A DNA stretch of 64,000 bases from contig CAXXHG010000008.1 in NCBI GenBank assembly GCA_963666315.2, forward strand, positions 32,001 to 96,000. The letters run 5' to 3'. Under the pieces are notes generated by a model. The model ran no database searches, was not told the DNA's origin, and saw only the letters and a program-made list of their open reading frames with translations. This DNA comes from Candidatus Binatia bacterium (lineage in GTDB: Bacteria; Desulfobacterota; Binatia; Bin18). The position numbers and the translations under genes are program-made. Each line of letters begins with the position of its first letter. The stretch's first letter is position 1. This document shows positions 40,494-50,255 of the stretch, piece by piece.

Positions 40494-40582
40494 CGAAACG
40501 GGCATACAACGGACTCCGCCATGCCCCGTGGCATACTCATGTCTCGCTCTTCTTAAAATACACAGGCGTACAGCTGAACAAT

Positions 40583-41236
40583 ATGGACAAGCTGAATCAG
40601 CCTTTTACCCGCGAGATGTTTGATCGTTTGGACGAAAACGACGATGGGCTCTTCTATACCGCCCCGCGCAAGCTGGTGCATATTGACGCAGGAGCCATTT
40701 CCGCAGCTGGCCAATGTATGGCTAAAACCTTTGCCCCAAACGGCCTCTTGCTCGACTTGATGAGTAGCTGGCGGTCACATCTGCCTGAGGGGTTTGTGAA
40801 GCAAAAATTGCTTGGACTCGGACTGAACGCTGAGGAGATGGCAGACAATCCGGACTTGGACGAGTATATTGTTCACAATCTGAATGCCTACTCCCAGCTC
40901 CCGTTTCCTGACGCCTATTTCGATGGCGTGGTCGTGACGGTTTCGATCCAATACATCATCAAACCGGTTGCAGTCTTTGCTGAGGTCAATCGGGTCTTAA
41001 AGATCGGTCGCCCTTTCCTGGTTCTGTACTCCAATCGCATGTTTCCAACCAAGGCTGTGCGCGTATGGCAAATGCTCCGCGATACAGGCCGGGCCGAGCT
41101 CATCCAGGCGTATTTCCACCAGGCTGGTGGATATGCTGAAGCCGTCTTCGAGGACTGGAGCCCCAACCCTGGAGCGTCTGACCCGCTGTTCGCTGTATCC
41201 GCGTGCAGGCGGGAGGAATCAGGCCCGACGGCTTAA
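40583..41236 (+). CDS. Class I SAM-dependent methyltransferase (type 11)
   Basis: DDGLFYTAPR..HID, LDLMSSWRSHLP, GLGLN, LPFPD..FD, SNRMFPTKA. Confidence 0.87.
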   Translation: MDKLNQPFTREMFDRLDENDDGLFYTAPRKLVHIDAGAISAAGQCMAKTFAPNGLLLDLMSSWRSHLPEGFVKQKLLGLGLNAEEMADNPDLDEYIVHNLNAYSQLPFPDAYFDGVVVTVSIQYIIKPVAVFAEVNRVLKIGRPFLVLYSNRMFPTKAVRVWQMLRDTGRAELIQAYFHQAGGYAEAVFEDWSPNPGASDPLFAVSACRREESGPTA

Positions 41237-41263
41237 TACTAAAGAAGACGCGAGGCTTCCCGC

Positions 41264-41911
41264 CTGATCTATCCGAAAATTATTGTCGAGCAAGAGCTGT
41301 GGCAACACGGGCTACTCGTTGTGGCCGGAGTCGATGAGGTCGGGATGGGGCCGCTCGCCGGTCCGGTGGTTGCTGCGGCTGCCGTTTTCCCCCCCACTAT
41401 TATGGAAGACACGGAGGACAGGCAAGATACGAAAGATGGTCTGCCTGAGGCGTTCCCCCAAGGTGTGCGTGATTCCAAGACCCTGACTCCCAAGGCACGC
41501 GCACGTCTTGAGATAGAAATTCGTCGGATCGCGACCGGCCTGGGTATTGGTATAGTGGATGAAAAGGAGATTGATCGCATCAATATTTATCAGGCCGGGC
41601 TTAAGGCCATGCGTTTAGCGCTGGAGCAACTGCCGGTTGTTCCTGAACATGTTCTGATTGACTGGCGCGTCCTCAAAGATAGTCCCTGGCCGCAGTCCTC
41701 CTTTAAGAAGGGCGACCGTGATGTCTATTCCATTGCCGCAGCTTCTATCATTGCCAAGACCTATCGTGATCGTCTCATGACTGATCTTGATCGCAAATAT
41801 CCGGAGTACGGCTTTGCCCATCACATGGGCTACGGCACGGTTGCTCACCGTATAGCGTTACGCGAGCATGGGCCGTGTCCCGCCCATCGGCGCTCATTTC
41901 GTTTGCTTTAG
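41264..41911 (+). CDS. rnhB: Ribonuclease HII
   Basis: AGVDEVGxGPLAGPVV, DSK, EIDRINI, KGD, SIAAASIIAK..RD, GYGT, HRRSF. The frame is open upstream of GTG 41321; CTG 41264 is proposed as the start. Confidence 0.9.
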   Translation: MIYPKIIVEQELWQHGLLVVAGVDEVGMGPLAGPVVAAAAVFPPTIMEDTEDRQDTKDGLPEAFPQGVRDSKTLTPKARARLEIEIRRIATGLGIGIVDEKEIDRINIYQAGLKAMRLALEQLPVVPEHVLIDWRVLKDSPWPQSSFKKGDRDVYSIAAASIIAKTYRDRLMTDLDRKYPEYGFAHHMGYGTVAHRIALREHGPCPAHRRSFRLL

Positions 41912-41983
41912 CCGTTTGCTCTAGATGCCTTTTCAGCGTAACCTCAAGGCAGATATACTGATCCAAAGACGAGGAGGGATGGT

Positions 41984-43273
41984 ATGGCGATTGAAGTCTT
42001 CATGCCCCGCATGAGCGACACCATGGAGGAAGGCAAGATCCTCAAATGGCTCAAAAAGGTTGGGGATCAGGTAGAGCTGGGCGATATTATCGCCGAGGTA
42101 GAAACCGATAAGGCGGATATGGAAATGGAAGCGCTTGACGCTGGGGTCTTGACTGAAATCAGAGCCCAAGAAGGGGAGTCTGTCCCGGTTGGGGATATCA
42201 TTGCGTTGTTAGGAGACGCAGCTGAGGTTGGGAAGGTTGAGGCAGCGCCACCGGCAGCGGTGAAAAAGACGATACGCCCGTCTGATTCCCCCCCAGAAAA
42301 GAAAGTTCGAAAACTTCGCGACACGACACCCAAACGAAAATTGACGGCTCGTAAAAAGGGGCAACGACTCTTAGCCTCTCCCCTTGTGAGGAAGATCGCT
42401 GCCGAGCGCGGCATTGATCTGACGACCGTCCCAGGTAGCGGCCCAGGCGGGCGGATAGTGAAACACGATCTGGAGATTCCCGAGACGGCTCCTGCCGCGG
42501 TGTCGGCCGAACCACACGGGACCGAGAGTGCACAGCAGACAACGGCTGCAGCAGCTTCGGGTGTACCAGCTTCTTCAAGAGACCGAGTTGAGTCTAGAGT
42601 TGAGCCGTTTTCACGCATGCGCGCGACTATTGCTAAACGGATGGCTGATAGCATGCGCGAGGCGCCCCATTTTTATGTCACTATCGAAATCGATATGTCA
42701 GAATCGGTTCGGCTACGTACCTCACTCAAACTGAGTGACCGGGTAGAAGCCGAGGTGACCTATACACATCTGCTGGTCAAAGCAACAGCGGTGGCGCTGG
42801 AGCGACACCCGAGCATGAATGCTGCTTTTGCCGGCGATGGGCGGGAGCTCAAGAGCGAGATCAATATCGGGATTGCGGTTGCGCTTGAGGATGGGCTGAT
42901 TGTCCCGGTGCTGCACGGCTGTCAGAAAATGTCGTTGCTCGACGTTGCGGCTCAGGCCCATGCGCTTGTTGAGCGCGCACGTATGGGCAAACCGACCTCA
43001 AAAGATTTATCTGGTGGGACCTTTACGATTTCTAATCTTGGCATGTATTCTGTAGAGCACTTTACGGCGGTGATTAATCCGCCCCAGGCGGCTATTCTTG
43101 CGACCAGCGCGATTAAAGAGCGGCCTGTGGTACGAGACGGGCAGGTCGTTATCTCCCGGACCATGATGGTGACCCTGTCGTGTGACCATCGGGTTCTGGA
43201 CGGTGCAACCGGAGCCCGGTTTCTGGAAGAGCTGAAGAGTTTATTGGAGAATCCTGTCGGCTTAATGGTGTAA
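41984..43273 (+). CDS. 2-oxoacid dehydrogenase E2 (PDH-type dihydrolipoamide acyltransferase)
   Basis: Lipoyl domain ETDKA, E3-binding ASPLVRK..GSGPGGRI, TFTISNLG, DHRVLDG. Confidence 0.93.
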   Translation: MAIEVFMPRMSDTMEEGKILKWLKKVGDQVELGDIIAEVETDKADMEMEALDAGVLTEIRAQEGESVPVGDIIALLGDAAEVGKVEAAPPAAVKKTIRPSDSPPEKKVRKLRDTTPKRKLTARKKGQRLLASPLVRKIAAERGIDLTTVPGSGPGGRIVKHDLEIPETAPAAVSAEPHGTESAQQTTAAAASGVPASSRDRVESRVEPFSRMRATIAKRMADSMREAPHFYVTIEIDMSESVRLRTSLKLSDRVEAEVTYTHLLVKATAVALERHPSMNAAFAGDGRELKSEINIGIAVALEDGLIVPVLHGCQKMSLLDVAAQAHALVERARMGKPTSKDLSGGTFTISNLGMYSVEHFTAVINPPQAAILATSAIKERPVVRDGQVVISRTMMVTLSCDHRVLDGATGARFLEELKSLLENPVGLMV

Positions 43274-43303
43274 CGGAACCCTACAACGGTGTAGAGGAAA
43301 TGA

Positions 43304-44713
43304 ATGGAACGATATGATTTGGTGGTGATAGGAGCGGGTCCTGGCGGGTATGTGGCGGCCATACGCGCCACTCAGCTTGGTCTCAAAACTGCGGTAGTGG
43401 AAAAAGACCGCCCCGGCGGAGTATGTCTCAACTGGGGCTGTATTCCGTCAAAAGCGATTCTCACTTCAGCCGAAATGTATGAAGACTTCAAGCACGGTGA
43501 CCAGTACGGTATCAAGGTCAGCGGATTGTCTTTCGACTACGCCCAGGTCATCAAGCGCTCGCGTGATGTCGCCGGGCGGTTGGCCAAAGGTGTTGAATAC
43601 CTGCTCAAAAAGAACAAGGTTCCGTTACTCAGGGGAGCCGGTCGCATTGAGAATACGAATCGGGTGATTATTGAGCCGAGCAGGCAAAATGCGCAAAATG
43701 CGCAAGATACGCAGCGGGTCGAAGCCGACCGGATCTTAATCGCAACGGGATCGCGCGAACGGACCCTGCCCGGACTCGAGATCGATGGCAGGCAAGTCCT
43801 GACGAGTTATGAAGCCCTGACAGAACAGGAAATACCGGAGGCGATTGTCATTATTGGCGGTGGTGCGATTGGGGTTGAGTTCGCCTATATCTACAGCACG
43901 TTTGGCAGTCGGGTGACTGTTGTTGAGATGGAAAAACAGCTGCTGCCCGGCGTTGATAGCGAGGTGGCGCGAGAGCTTGAACGGTCGTTTAAGAAAAAGG
44001 GTATCGAGATCCTGACCAACACCAAATTCCACAGTCTGAAAAAATATCCGGGCCGGGTTGAAGTGCTCTTGGATAACGAGACCGATCAGAAGAAACGCAC
44101 GGCCAATAAAGTCCTGGTTGCCGTGGGTCGGGCCCCACTGAGTGCCGATCTGGGTCTTGAAGACGCCGGGGTTGCCTTAGATCGAGGTTTTATCAAGGTC
44201 AACGAACAATTGCAGACGACCAATCCTGCGATTTATGCCATAGGCGACGTGAATGGCCCACCCCTGCTGGCCCACGCCGCTACGGAAGAAGGTCTAGCCG
44301 CGGTCGAATTCATGACAGGCGAGCGGGAGAAAGGTCTCGACCCGACCCGCATCCCAGCGTGTATTTATTGTCAGCCTCAAGTGGCAGTCCTTGGGCTGAG
44401 CGAAGAGCAAGCCCAAGCACAAGGACATGAAGTCAAAATCGGCAAATTCCCGTTTCGCGCGTTGGGCAAGGCGCTAGCCTCCGGTCATGACGAAGGCATG
44501 GTCAAATTAGTTGTTGATAAAGAGTATGGCGAGATTCTTGGGTGTCACATTATTGGTCGGGGAGCGACCGATCTCATTGCCGAGATTGGGCTGGCACGGA
44601 CGCTTGAAGCGACAACTGCGGAGCTGCGTGAAACCGTTCATGCCCATCCGACGTTGTCTGAGGCCATTATGGAAGCTGCGCTGGATGCTGAAGGGCGAGG
44701 GATAAATTTCTAG
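43304..44713 (+). CDS. lpdA: Dihydrolipoamide dehydrogenase
   Basis: GAGPGG, GGVCLNWGCIPSK, GGGAIG, LAH, HAHPTLSE. Confidence 0.96.
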   Translation: MERYDLVVIGAGPGGYVAAIRATQLGLKTAVVEKDRPGGVCLNWGCIPSKAILTSAEMYEDFKHGDQYGIKVSGLSFDYAQVIKRSRDVAGRLAKGVEYLLKKNKVPLLRGAGRIENTNRVIIEPSRQNAQNAQDTQRVEADRILIATGSRERTLPGLEIDGRQVLTSYEALTEQEIPEAIVIIGGGAIGVEFAYIYSTFGSRVTVVEMEKQLLPGVDSEVARELERSFKKKGIEILTNTKFHSLKKYPGRVEVLLDNETDQKKRTANKVLVAVGRAPLSADLGLEDAGVALDRGFIKVNEQLQTTNPAIYAIGDVNGPPLLAHAATEEGLAAVEFMTGEREKGLDPTRIPACIYCQPQVAVLGLSEEQAQAQGHEVKIGKFPFRALGKALASGHDEGMVKLVVDKEYGEILGCHIIGRGATDLIAEIGLARTLEATTAELRETVHAHPTLSEAIMEAALDAEGRGINF

Positions 44714-44769
44714 CACTATTTGGGATAGTGCTGAGAGAGTGCTGAGATAGTGGAGTCTGCGAGCACTGT

Positions 44770-45465
44770 ATGAAACTGGCGTGTGCTGATCTTGGTGTCA
44801 TTGACTACTCCCTCGCATTGGGGTTGCAGCACACGCTGGTCGCCCAACGCTATGCAGACGAAATCCCCGATACGCTCCTACTGCTAGAACATCCACCCGT
44901 GTTTACCTTGGGTCGAGGCGGAGACGCAAAACACCTGCTTACCCCTGGTCAGGTCCCCGTCCAGAGAGTCAGCCGTGGCGGCGATGTTACTTTTCATGGG
45001 CCGGGGCAATTGGTTGGCTATCCTATTGTCGCCCTCAAGCAGCATGGTAAAGACGTACACGTCTATTTGCGACAACTAGAAGACGTGCTGATCTCGACCT
45101 TGGCAGAATGGGGTATTGGTGCCCACAGGCAAGACGGACTGACCGGGGTGTGGGTTGGATCGCATAAGATCGCGTCGATTGGTATAGGCGTACGCCGCTG
45201 GGTTACGTTTCACGGTTTCGCGCTCAACGTCAATACCGACCTGAGCTATTTCTCAGCCATCGTTCCGTGTGGGCTGTATGGCGTCCGCATCACGTCCGTG
45301 CAACAGCTGCTCGCAACAGCGGTCCCTCTCGGCGATATGAAGTCGGCTGTGGCACGCGGTTTTGCCCAAGTATTTGGTCACCAGGAGATAGTATGGAACA
45401 CGAACTTGCCGAAGTCAGCTCTAACGATGTCAGCTCTGAGCGAGCAACCGGCTCACGCCCTGTGA
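44770..45465 (+). CDS. lipB: Octanoyltransferase
   Basis: LLEHPPVFTLG, RGGDVTFHGPGQLVGYP, KIASIG, HGFALN, IVPCG. Confidence 0.95.
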   Translation: MKLACADLGVIDYSLALGLQHTLVAQRYADEIPDTLLLLEHPPVFTLGRGGDAKHLLTPGQVPVQRVSRGGDVTFHGPGQLVGYPIVALKQHGKDVHVYLRQLEDVLISTLAEWGIGAHRQDGLTGVWVGSHKIASIGIGVRRWVTFHGFALNVNTDLSYFSAIVPCGLYGVRITSVQQLLATAVPLGDMKSAVARGFAQVFGHQEIVWNTNLPKSALTMSALSEQPAHAL

Positions 45466-46310
45466 GGCGGCGCCATCCGGACTGGATTAAGGTCCGTATG
45501 CCGGGCGGTCCGGATTATAAACAGACCCATGCGATAGTTGCGGCGTTCAAGCTGCATACCGTCTGTCAGGAGGCGCAATGCCCCAATATAGGTGAATGCT
45601 GGGGGCATGGTACCGCAACGTTTATGCTGATGGGCGACGTCTGTACGCGCAATTGTCGTTTCTGTGCCGTGAGCCACGGCCGTATGGTTAAGCTGGATCC
45701 TGACGAACCACGTCGTGTAGCCGATGCAGCGCTCAAGATGGGGCTGTCTCATGTGGTGGTGACTTCAGTCAACCGAGATGATCTACCCGACGGTGGGGCG
45801 AGCCATTTTGCCGAAACCGTTCATGCGATTAAGCGGCTCCAACCAGACTGCACTATTGAAGTGTTGACACCGGATTTCCAGGGCAATGAAGACGCGGTGT
45901 CCGTCGTGGCGCAGTCGCCCATTGATGTTTTTAATCACAACACAGAGAGCGTACCGCGCTTGTATAAACGCGTCCGCCCTGGCGCAAAGTATGAGCGCTC
46001 CCTGCGCGTACTAGAAAAAGTCAAAGAAGTCCGGCCCAATTTAAAGACCAAGACGGGTCTCATGCTCGGCCTAGGGGAGACATATGCAGAGCTATTGAGT
46101 GTTTTTGGTGATCTGCGCGCAGTGGATTGCAACATCCTCACGCTTGGTCAATATCTCCAACCGTCTCAAGAGCAGTTGCCTGTTGAACGCTACGTCCATC
46201 CGGACGAATTCAAGATTTTACGTGAAGAAGCGCTCGGGCTCGGTTTCCGTCATGTCGAATCCGGCCCGCTTGTGCGCAGCTCGTATCATGCCTGGAAACA
46301 TGTGGGGTAA
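45393..46310 (+). CDS. lipA: Lipoyl synthase
   Basis: TVCQEAQCPNIGECW, CTRNCRFC, GQYLQP, GPLVRSSY; AGGAG RBS before ATG 45393. Confidence 0.96.
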   Translation: MEHELAEVSSNDVSSERATGSRPVRRRHPDWIKVRMPGGPDYKQTHAIVAAFKLHTVCQEAQCPNIGECWGHGTATFMLMGDVCTRNCRFCAVSHGRMVKLDPDEPRRVADAALKMGLSHVVVTSVNRDDLPDGGASHFAETVHAIKRLQPDCTIEVLTPDFQGNEDAVSVVAQSPIDVFNHNTESVPRLYKRVRPGAKYERSLRVLEKVKEVRPNLKTKTGLMLGLGETYAELLSVFGDLRAVDCNILTLGQYLQPSQEQLPVERYVHPDEFKILREEALGLGFRHVESGPLVRSSYHAWKHVG

Positions 46311-46326
46311 GAAAAAGGAGATCCCC

Positions 46327-46617
46327 ATGGCATTACCCAGCAAAGTCAAAATCGTTGCCCTGACAGCCAGAGACGGATTAGAGGGCATTAAGCATCTGGT
46401 TCCGGTGGATTTTCGTGTCGAGCTAGTCAATCGTCTGTCGGATGCGGGCTTGCCGTCCATTGAAGTCGGCGAGTTCGTCAGTCCCAAGATCATTCCGGCC
46501 ATGCAAGGGTCGGATCAGGTTGCTCAGCAGATCGAAGCAAAACCTGCCGTGGAATACAGCGCACTCGTGACCTCGACAAAGCCGTTGTCATTGGTAGATG
46601 GGCCACAGAGGGGATGA
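46327..46617 (+). pseudogene. 5' fragment of an HMG-CoA lyase-like enzyme
   Basis: AAGGAG RBS; MALPSKVKIV..RDGL...IEVGEFVSPKIIPAM...YSALV, then similarity ends at about residue 82. Confidence 0.75.
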
Positions 46618-46754
46618 ATCACCGCTTAGACTCTAAGATTGGTGAGGCTATGACCAAGCCCAACATGACCTATTTTGAGAAGGTCGATCACGGGGTGCGG
46701 CTCAGCGCGTAGTGCCGGGGTGGGTTCCTGCAACAGGCTATACCAATCAGTGGG

Positions 46755-46801
46755 GTAGGGCGGTTCGTGAACCTCCCGGGCAATTTATGAATTGCCCCTA
46801 C
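46755..46801. repeat. Fused pair of GTAG-REPs
   Basis: GTAGGGCGGTTC-GT-GAACCTCCC directly followed by GGGCAATT-TATG-AATTGCCCCTAC. Confidence 0.75.
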
Positions 46802-47168
46802 TTTTTGTCGGCGTTGTGCTTTGGGCACCATCCGTGCCTGAATGAGAAGAATCCTTCTCTGAAGCCGTTGTCTGACTGGACAAAACACCAATCACGACAA
46901 ACATGGTAACGATCAGCGAGAGGTAAAAGAGCCGCAGAGTTGTTGACCAAAAAGTTGCGCTCCAGGTTGGTTCGTCACTAACGAACCGCTGTGGGTTCAT
47001 CTCAAAGTCAACATCGTCCTCGCTTTTTTGCCGGACATTATCGTAGACAGCCCGAAACAGCCGTTCTTGCCACCGGTAGTAGGCATCCAAAATCCAAAAC
47101 ACGATCAACGGCACAAACGCAATCCAGATAAATGCGATCTTCTGGTCAGTCGCAACTGACAGCGCCAG
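46785..47168 (-). pseudogene. 3' fragment of a small multi-TM protein of the type often found beside TIR-domain genes
   Basis: IAFVPLIVFWILDAYYRWQERLFRAVYDNVR...DFEMN...W...FWSTTLRLFY; N-terminus missing. Family recalled, not searched. Confidence 0.6.
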
Positions 47169-47219
47169 TCTCGTCAGAAATTTTTCCTTCAGTATTGATT
47201 TTGCTTCTTGCTCCTGGGA

Positions 47220-47366
47220 TCAGAAGTTTGGATTTCTTACCCATTTGAATAGGCGATGAAAGGGATGCTCTGCCCATACCCTAAAGGCTTTCTTGGCGCC
47301 CGGTTTGAGGTCTTCCTCAAGCAACCGGTAAGCAGTCCAAAAAGAAGGCAGGGTAGCCGAGTTCAT
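47220..47366 (-). pseudogene. Truncated ParE/RelE-like toxin
   Basis: MNSATLPSFWTAYRLLEEDLKPGAKKAFRVWAEHPFH then diverges and stops; ATG overlaps the upstream TGA. Confidence 0.65.
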
Positions 47367-47590
47367 AGCTGTTCATAGTCGAGGCTTTGCCTGTCCTGCA
47401 GTGATTTCCTGTTTGGCGTGTCGGGCAGCTGTGATAAGCTGGGCTTAGGTTTTTTAAAGGTTGAGTCCCATTGTAACTCATCTCGGAGATCTTCGATGTA
47501 TTCTCGGAGATGGTCTGCAACGCGATCCTGCACGGGATCAGGCAACGACTCTATCATTTTGACTACAGTAGCAATGACAGCGGAGGACAT
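47363..47590 (-). pseudogene. Degenerate antitoxin-like protein
   Basis: GAGGAG RBS; MSSAVIATVVKMIESLPDPVQDRVADHLREYIEDLRDELQWD; a more natural tail (AQLITAARHAKQEITAGQAKP) lies in a shifted frame. Confidence 0.6.
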
Positions 47591-47775
47591 GGGCAAACTC
47601 TCCTCTCGAACTTGGGTGATAGCTTTGAATGCTTCTGTTTTCAAGCTCTCGTGACCCTGTAACAAAGCCCTATAGGGCATAATACAAGCACTTACTGCAA
47701 ACAGCCCCATTGCAATACTTCGGTGTTAATCAGAATCCCAACCCGGATTTAGCGCCAGTTTGAAGGACTCTTTTC

Positions 47776-48768
47776 CTAAAGAACCTTCACCAACTCGTCC
47801 GTCTCGCTGTAAGTAAACGGCACTACCTTGCCGTTCAACCGAGCCTGGATTCCTGGTTCTTGTGTCACGGTCCCAATGACCCGAGCGGGAATATTTTCTG
47901 ACTGAAGAACCTTTTCGAGACCGCGCCATTTATCCGCACGAATCGTTAACAACAGCGTCCCCGAGCTAATCAAGCCAAGCGGATTGATACCAAAATGTTC
48001 GCAAATGGCTGTAGTGGAGGGCAGGGTGGGGATTTTGTCGAGCTCGATCTGCATGCCCAGGCTGCTTGCAGCGGCGAGTTCGTATAGCCCCATGGCAACC
48101 CCGCCTTCGGTCGGATCATGCATAGCGGTTGCGCCGTGTTGAGCAGCTAACAGGGCTTCTTTGACTATGGATATGCCGAACGTTGTGCGGATTTGTTGAG
48201 CCTCGTGTTGAAGCTCTGCCGAAAGGACCGAGCCCAGCTCTCGTCGCTTTTCCGCAAAGAGAATGCTCGTTCCTTCCAGCCCGGCGGTTTTGGTCACAAT
48301 AATCAGATCGCCGGCCTGTGTGCCTTCTGTTGTTATCAATTTGTCTTTGGCAACTAGGCCGGACATGTTGCCGACAACAACCGGCTGGCTGACAGACGCT
48401 GTGATTTCAGTATGCCCACCAGTCACGGCTATCCCTAAATCTCGACAAGTGGAATCGATCTGGGCAAACGTCTGTCGTACCGTTTCTTCTGGAGTATCTG
48501 GCGGAAACAGCAGACAGGTTTGAAACCAGGCTGGGCGAGCGCCCATCGTGGCGACGTCGTTGGCGTTGATATGTACAGCATACCACCCTACGTCATTTGC
48601 CGTGAACGTTACCGGGTCTGTCTTCACAATAAGATACTGCTCGCCAACATCAATGACCGCGCAGTCTTCACCAAAACGTGGACCGATGAGGACACGCGAG
48701 TCTTGTCTCCCTGTCTGTGAGATGCAGGTCTTGAGAAAATCGACTGGGAGTTTGCCCAGGGGTAGCAT
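47776..48768 (-). CDS. AIR synthase family protein (HypE/ThiL/PurM-like ATPase)
   Basis: GKLP, GEDCAV, TDP, NDVATMGARP, GGHTE, MHDPTEGG, LISSGTLL. Confidence 0.88.
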   Translation of the reverse strand: MLPLGKLPVDFLKTCISQTGRQDSRVLIGPRFGEDCAVIDVGEQYLIVKTDPVTFTANDVGWYAVHINANDVATMGARPAWFQTCLLFPPDTPEETVRQTFAQIDSTCRDLGIAVTGGHTEITASVSQPVVVGNMSGLVAKDKLITTEGTQAGDLIIVTKTAGLEGTSILFAEKRRELGSVLSAELQHEAQQIRTTFGISIVKEALLAAQHGATAMHDPTEGGVAMGLYELAAASSLGMQIELDKIPTLPSTTAICEHFGINPLGLISSGTLLLTIRADKWRGLEKVLQSENIPARVIGTVTQEPGIQARLNGKVVPFTYSETDELVKVL

Positions 48769-48798
48769 ACCGGCTCACTCCGCATTGGCTAACTGGGC

Positions 48799-50202
48799 CT
48801 ACTCAGGCGTCTTTGCCGCGGCACCGGATTGTTCTGGTGTTGACTGGCCGTTATCTCCACCGGCTGAGCTCTCCGCCGCCTGTGCGCTGGCGAGTCCCGC
48901 CTTTTCTAGATCGGCAACGACAACTTGGAGAAACTGATCTGGCTTGAGGTGATTCTTAGCCGCCGCCTTGACCTGCTCAAGCGTGACCGCCCCGATGATG
49001 CCTGCATAGCGATCCGTATAGTCCAAGCCCAGCTCGTAAAACTCTAGTACCGGCAGCATACCGGCGACATTACGGTTTGAGACCAGCCGTAGCGGAAAGC
49101 TATTAATGAAGTACGCCTTGGCTGCTTTGAGTTCCGCTTCGGTTGCGCCTTCTTCGATGAACTGCCGAATGACTGCCAAGGTTTCATCGATGGCTTGCAG
49201 CGCACTTTCGTTCTTGGTCTGGAGTGAAACGATGAACGGGCCAGGGTGCTTGTGCGCCGAGAAATGGCTACTGATGGAATATACATAGCCTTTCTCTTCG
49301 CGGATACGATCCATGAGGCGCGACCCGAATCCCCCGCCACCGAGAATATAATTCATGACTAAGACTGCATAGTAGTCCGGATGTGAACGGGGAATGCCGG
49401 GCTGGCCAATGAGAATATTGGCTTGGGTAACTTCTTTATTGAGCTGCAACTGTTCGGCCTGCACCGTCGGTGGATCAGGCCAGGAGACGGCTGGCAGGTC
49501 CGCCGGCTTCCACTGTGCAAAGTGTGTGACCAACAGCGTGGTTATCTGTTCCAGGGTGATTTCTCCAGCTACAGCAATGATGGCGTTATTCGGGCGGTAA
49601 TAGGTGGTATGAAACTGCTTGACGTCGTTTGTGCTGATCCGCGCCAGCGTTGCTGCTTGTCCGGAGACCAGCCGACCGTATGGGTGCTGAGGGTAGAGGT
49701 TCGCCTTGAAGGCTTTATTTGCCACCCAACCCGGATCTTCTTCGCGACTTTGAATGCCGCCTTCAATTTCTTTCCGAATGCGTTCAAATTCATCTTGCGG
49801 AAATGTCGGCGCTAGCAGCACTTCGGCCAACAGGGCGAAAGACTTATCAATATTCTTAGTCAACGTGGTCAGATTGATCGTGGTCGTATCGTGTCCCGCT
49901 CCTATGGATAATGAGGTGCCTAAGAAGTCGAGTTCCTCTGCCAGTGCTTGGGCTGAGTAGCTTTTTGTTCCGCGCGTGAGCAGTTCGGCGGTGAGGTTTG
50001 CAACTCCCTGTTTACCTTGGGGATCAACGGCGGCTCCTGTCTTGAGGATCATGGTCATAATCGCCATCGGCAGGCCCGGCCGTTCGGCAACAAGGAGGAT
50101 TGCTCCATTGTCGAGTACAGTCCGCGTCCCGAGCGGTGCAGCAGAAAGGGGTGCAACAAAAATAGCGATCAGGAGAAGACTGGTTATGAGCGATCGTTTC
50201 AT
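48799..50202 (-). CDS. M16 peptidase family, non-catalytic subunit (exported)
   Basis: Signal peptide, LDNG, no HxxEH, HPYG, ILGGGGFGSRL..IREEKGYVY. Confidence 0.88.
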   Translation of the reverse strand: MKRSLITSLLLIAIFVAPLSAAPLGTRTVLDNGAILLVAERPGLPMAIMTMILKTGAAVDPQGKQGVANLTAELLTRGTKSYSAQALAEELDFLGTSLSIGAGHDTTTINLTTLTKNIDKSFALLAEVLLAPTFPQDEFERIRKEIEGGIQSREEDPGWVANKAFKANLYPQHPYGRLVSGQAATLARISTNDVKQFHTTYYRPNNAIIAVAGEITLEQITTLLVTHFAQWKPADLPAVSWPDPPTVQAEQLQLNKEVTQANILIGQPGIPRSHPDYYAVLVMNYILGGGGFGSRLMDRIREEKGYVYSISSHFSAHKHPGPFIVSLQTKNESALQAIDETLAVIRQFIEEGATEAELKAAKAYFINSFPLRLVSNRNVAGMLPVLEFYELGLDYTDRYAGIIGAVTLEQVKAAAKNHLKPDQFLQVVVADLEKAGLASAQAAESSAGGDNGQSTPEQSGAAAKTPE

Positions 50203-50255
50203 ACCTTGGTTTCCTTATGACTTGAATAAGCCGATCAGAAGAATTTTACTCGGTG

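Noticed and set aside
44710-44770. CIRCE-like TAGCACT...AGTGCT inverted repeat between lpdA and lipB
   Set aside because: The spacer is 7 rather than 9 nt, the arms deviate from consensus and no heat-shock gene follows; better explained as a hairpin plus local duplication.
46327-46617. HMG-CoA lyase fragment as a partner of the HMGR-like gene
   Set aside because: It is truncated, lies about 8 kb away and sits inside a fragment mosaic; no evidence of a functional link.
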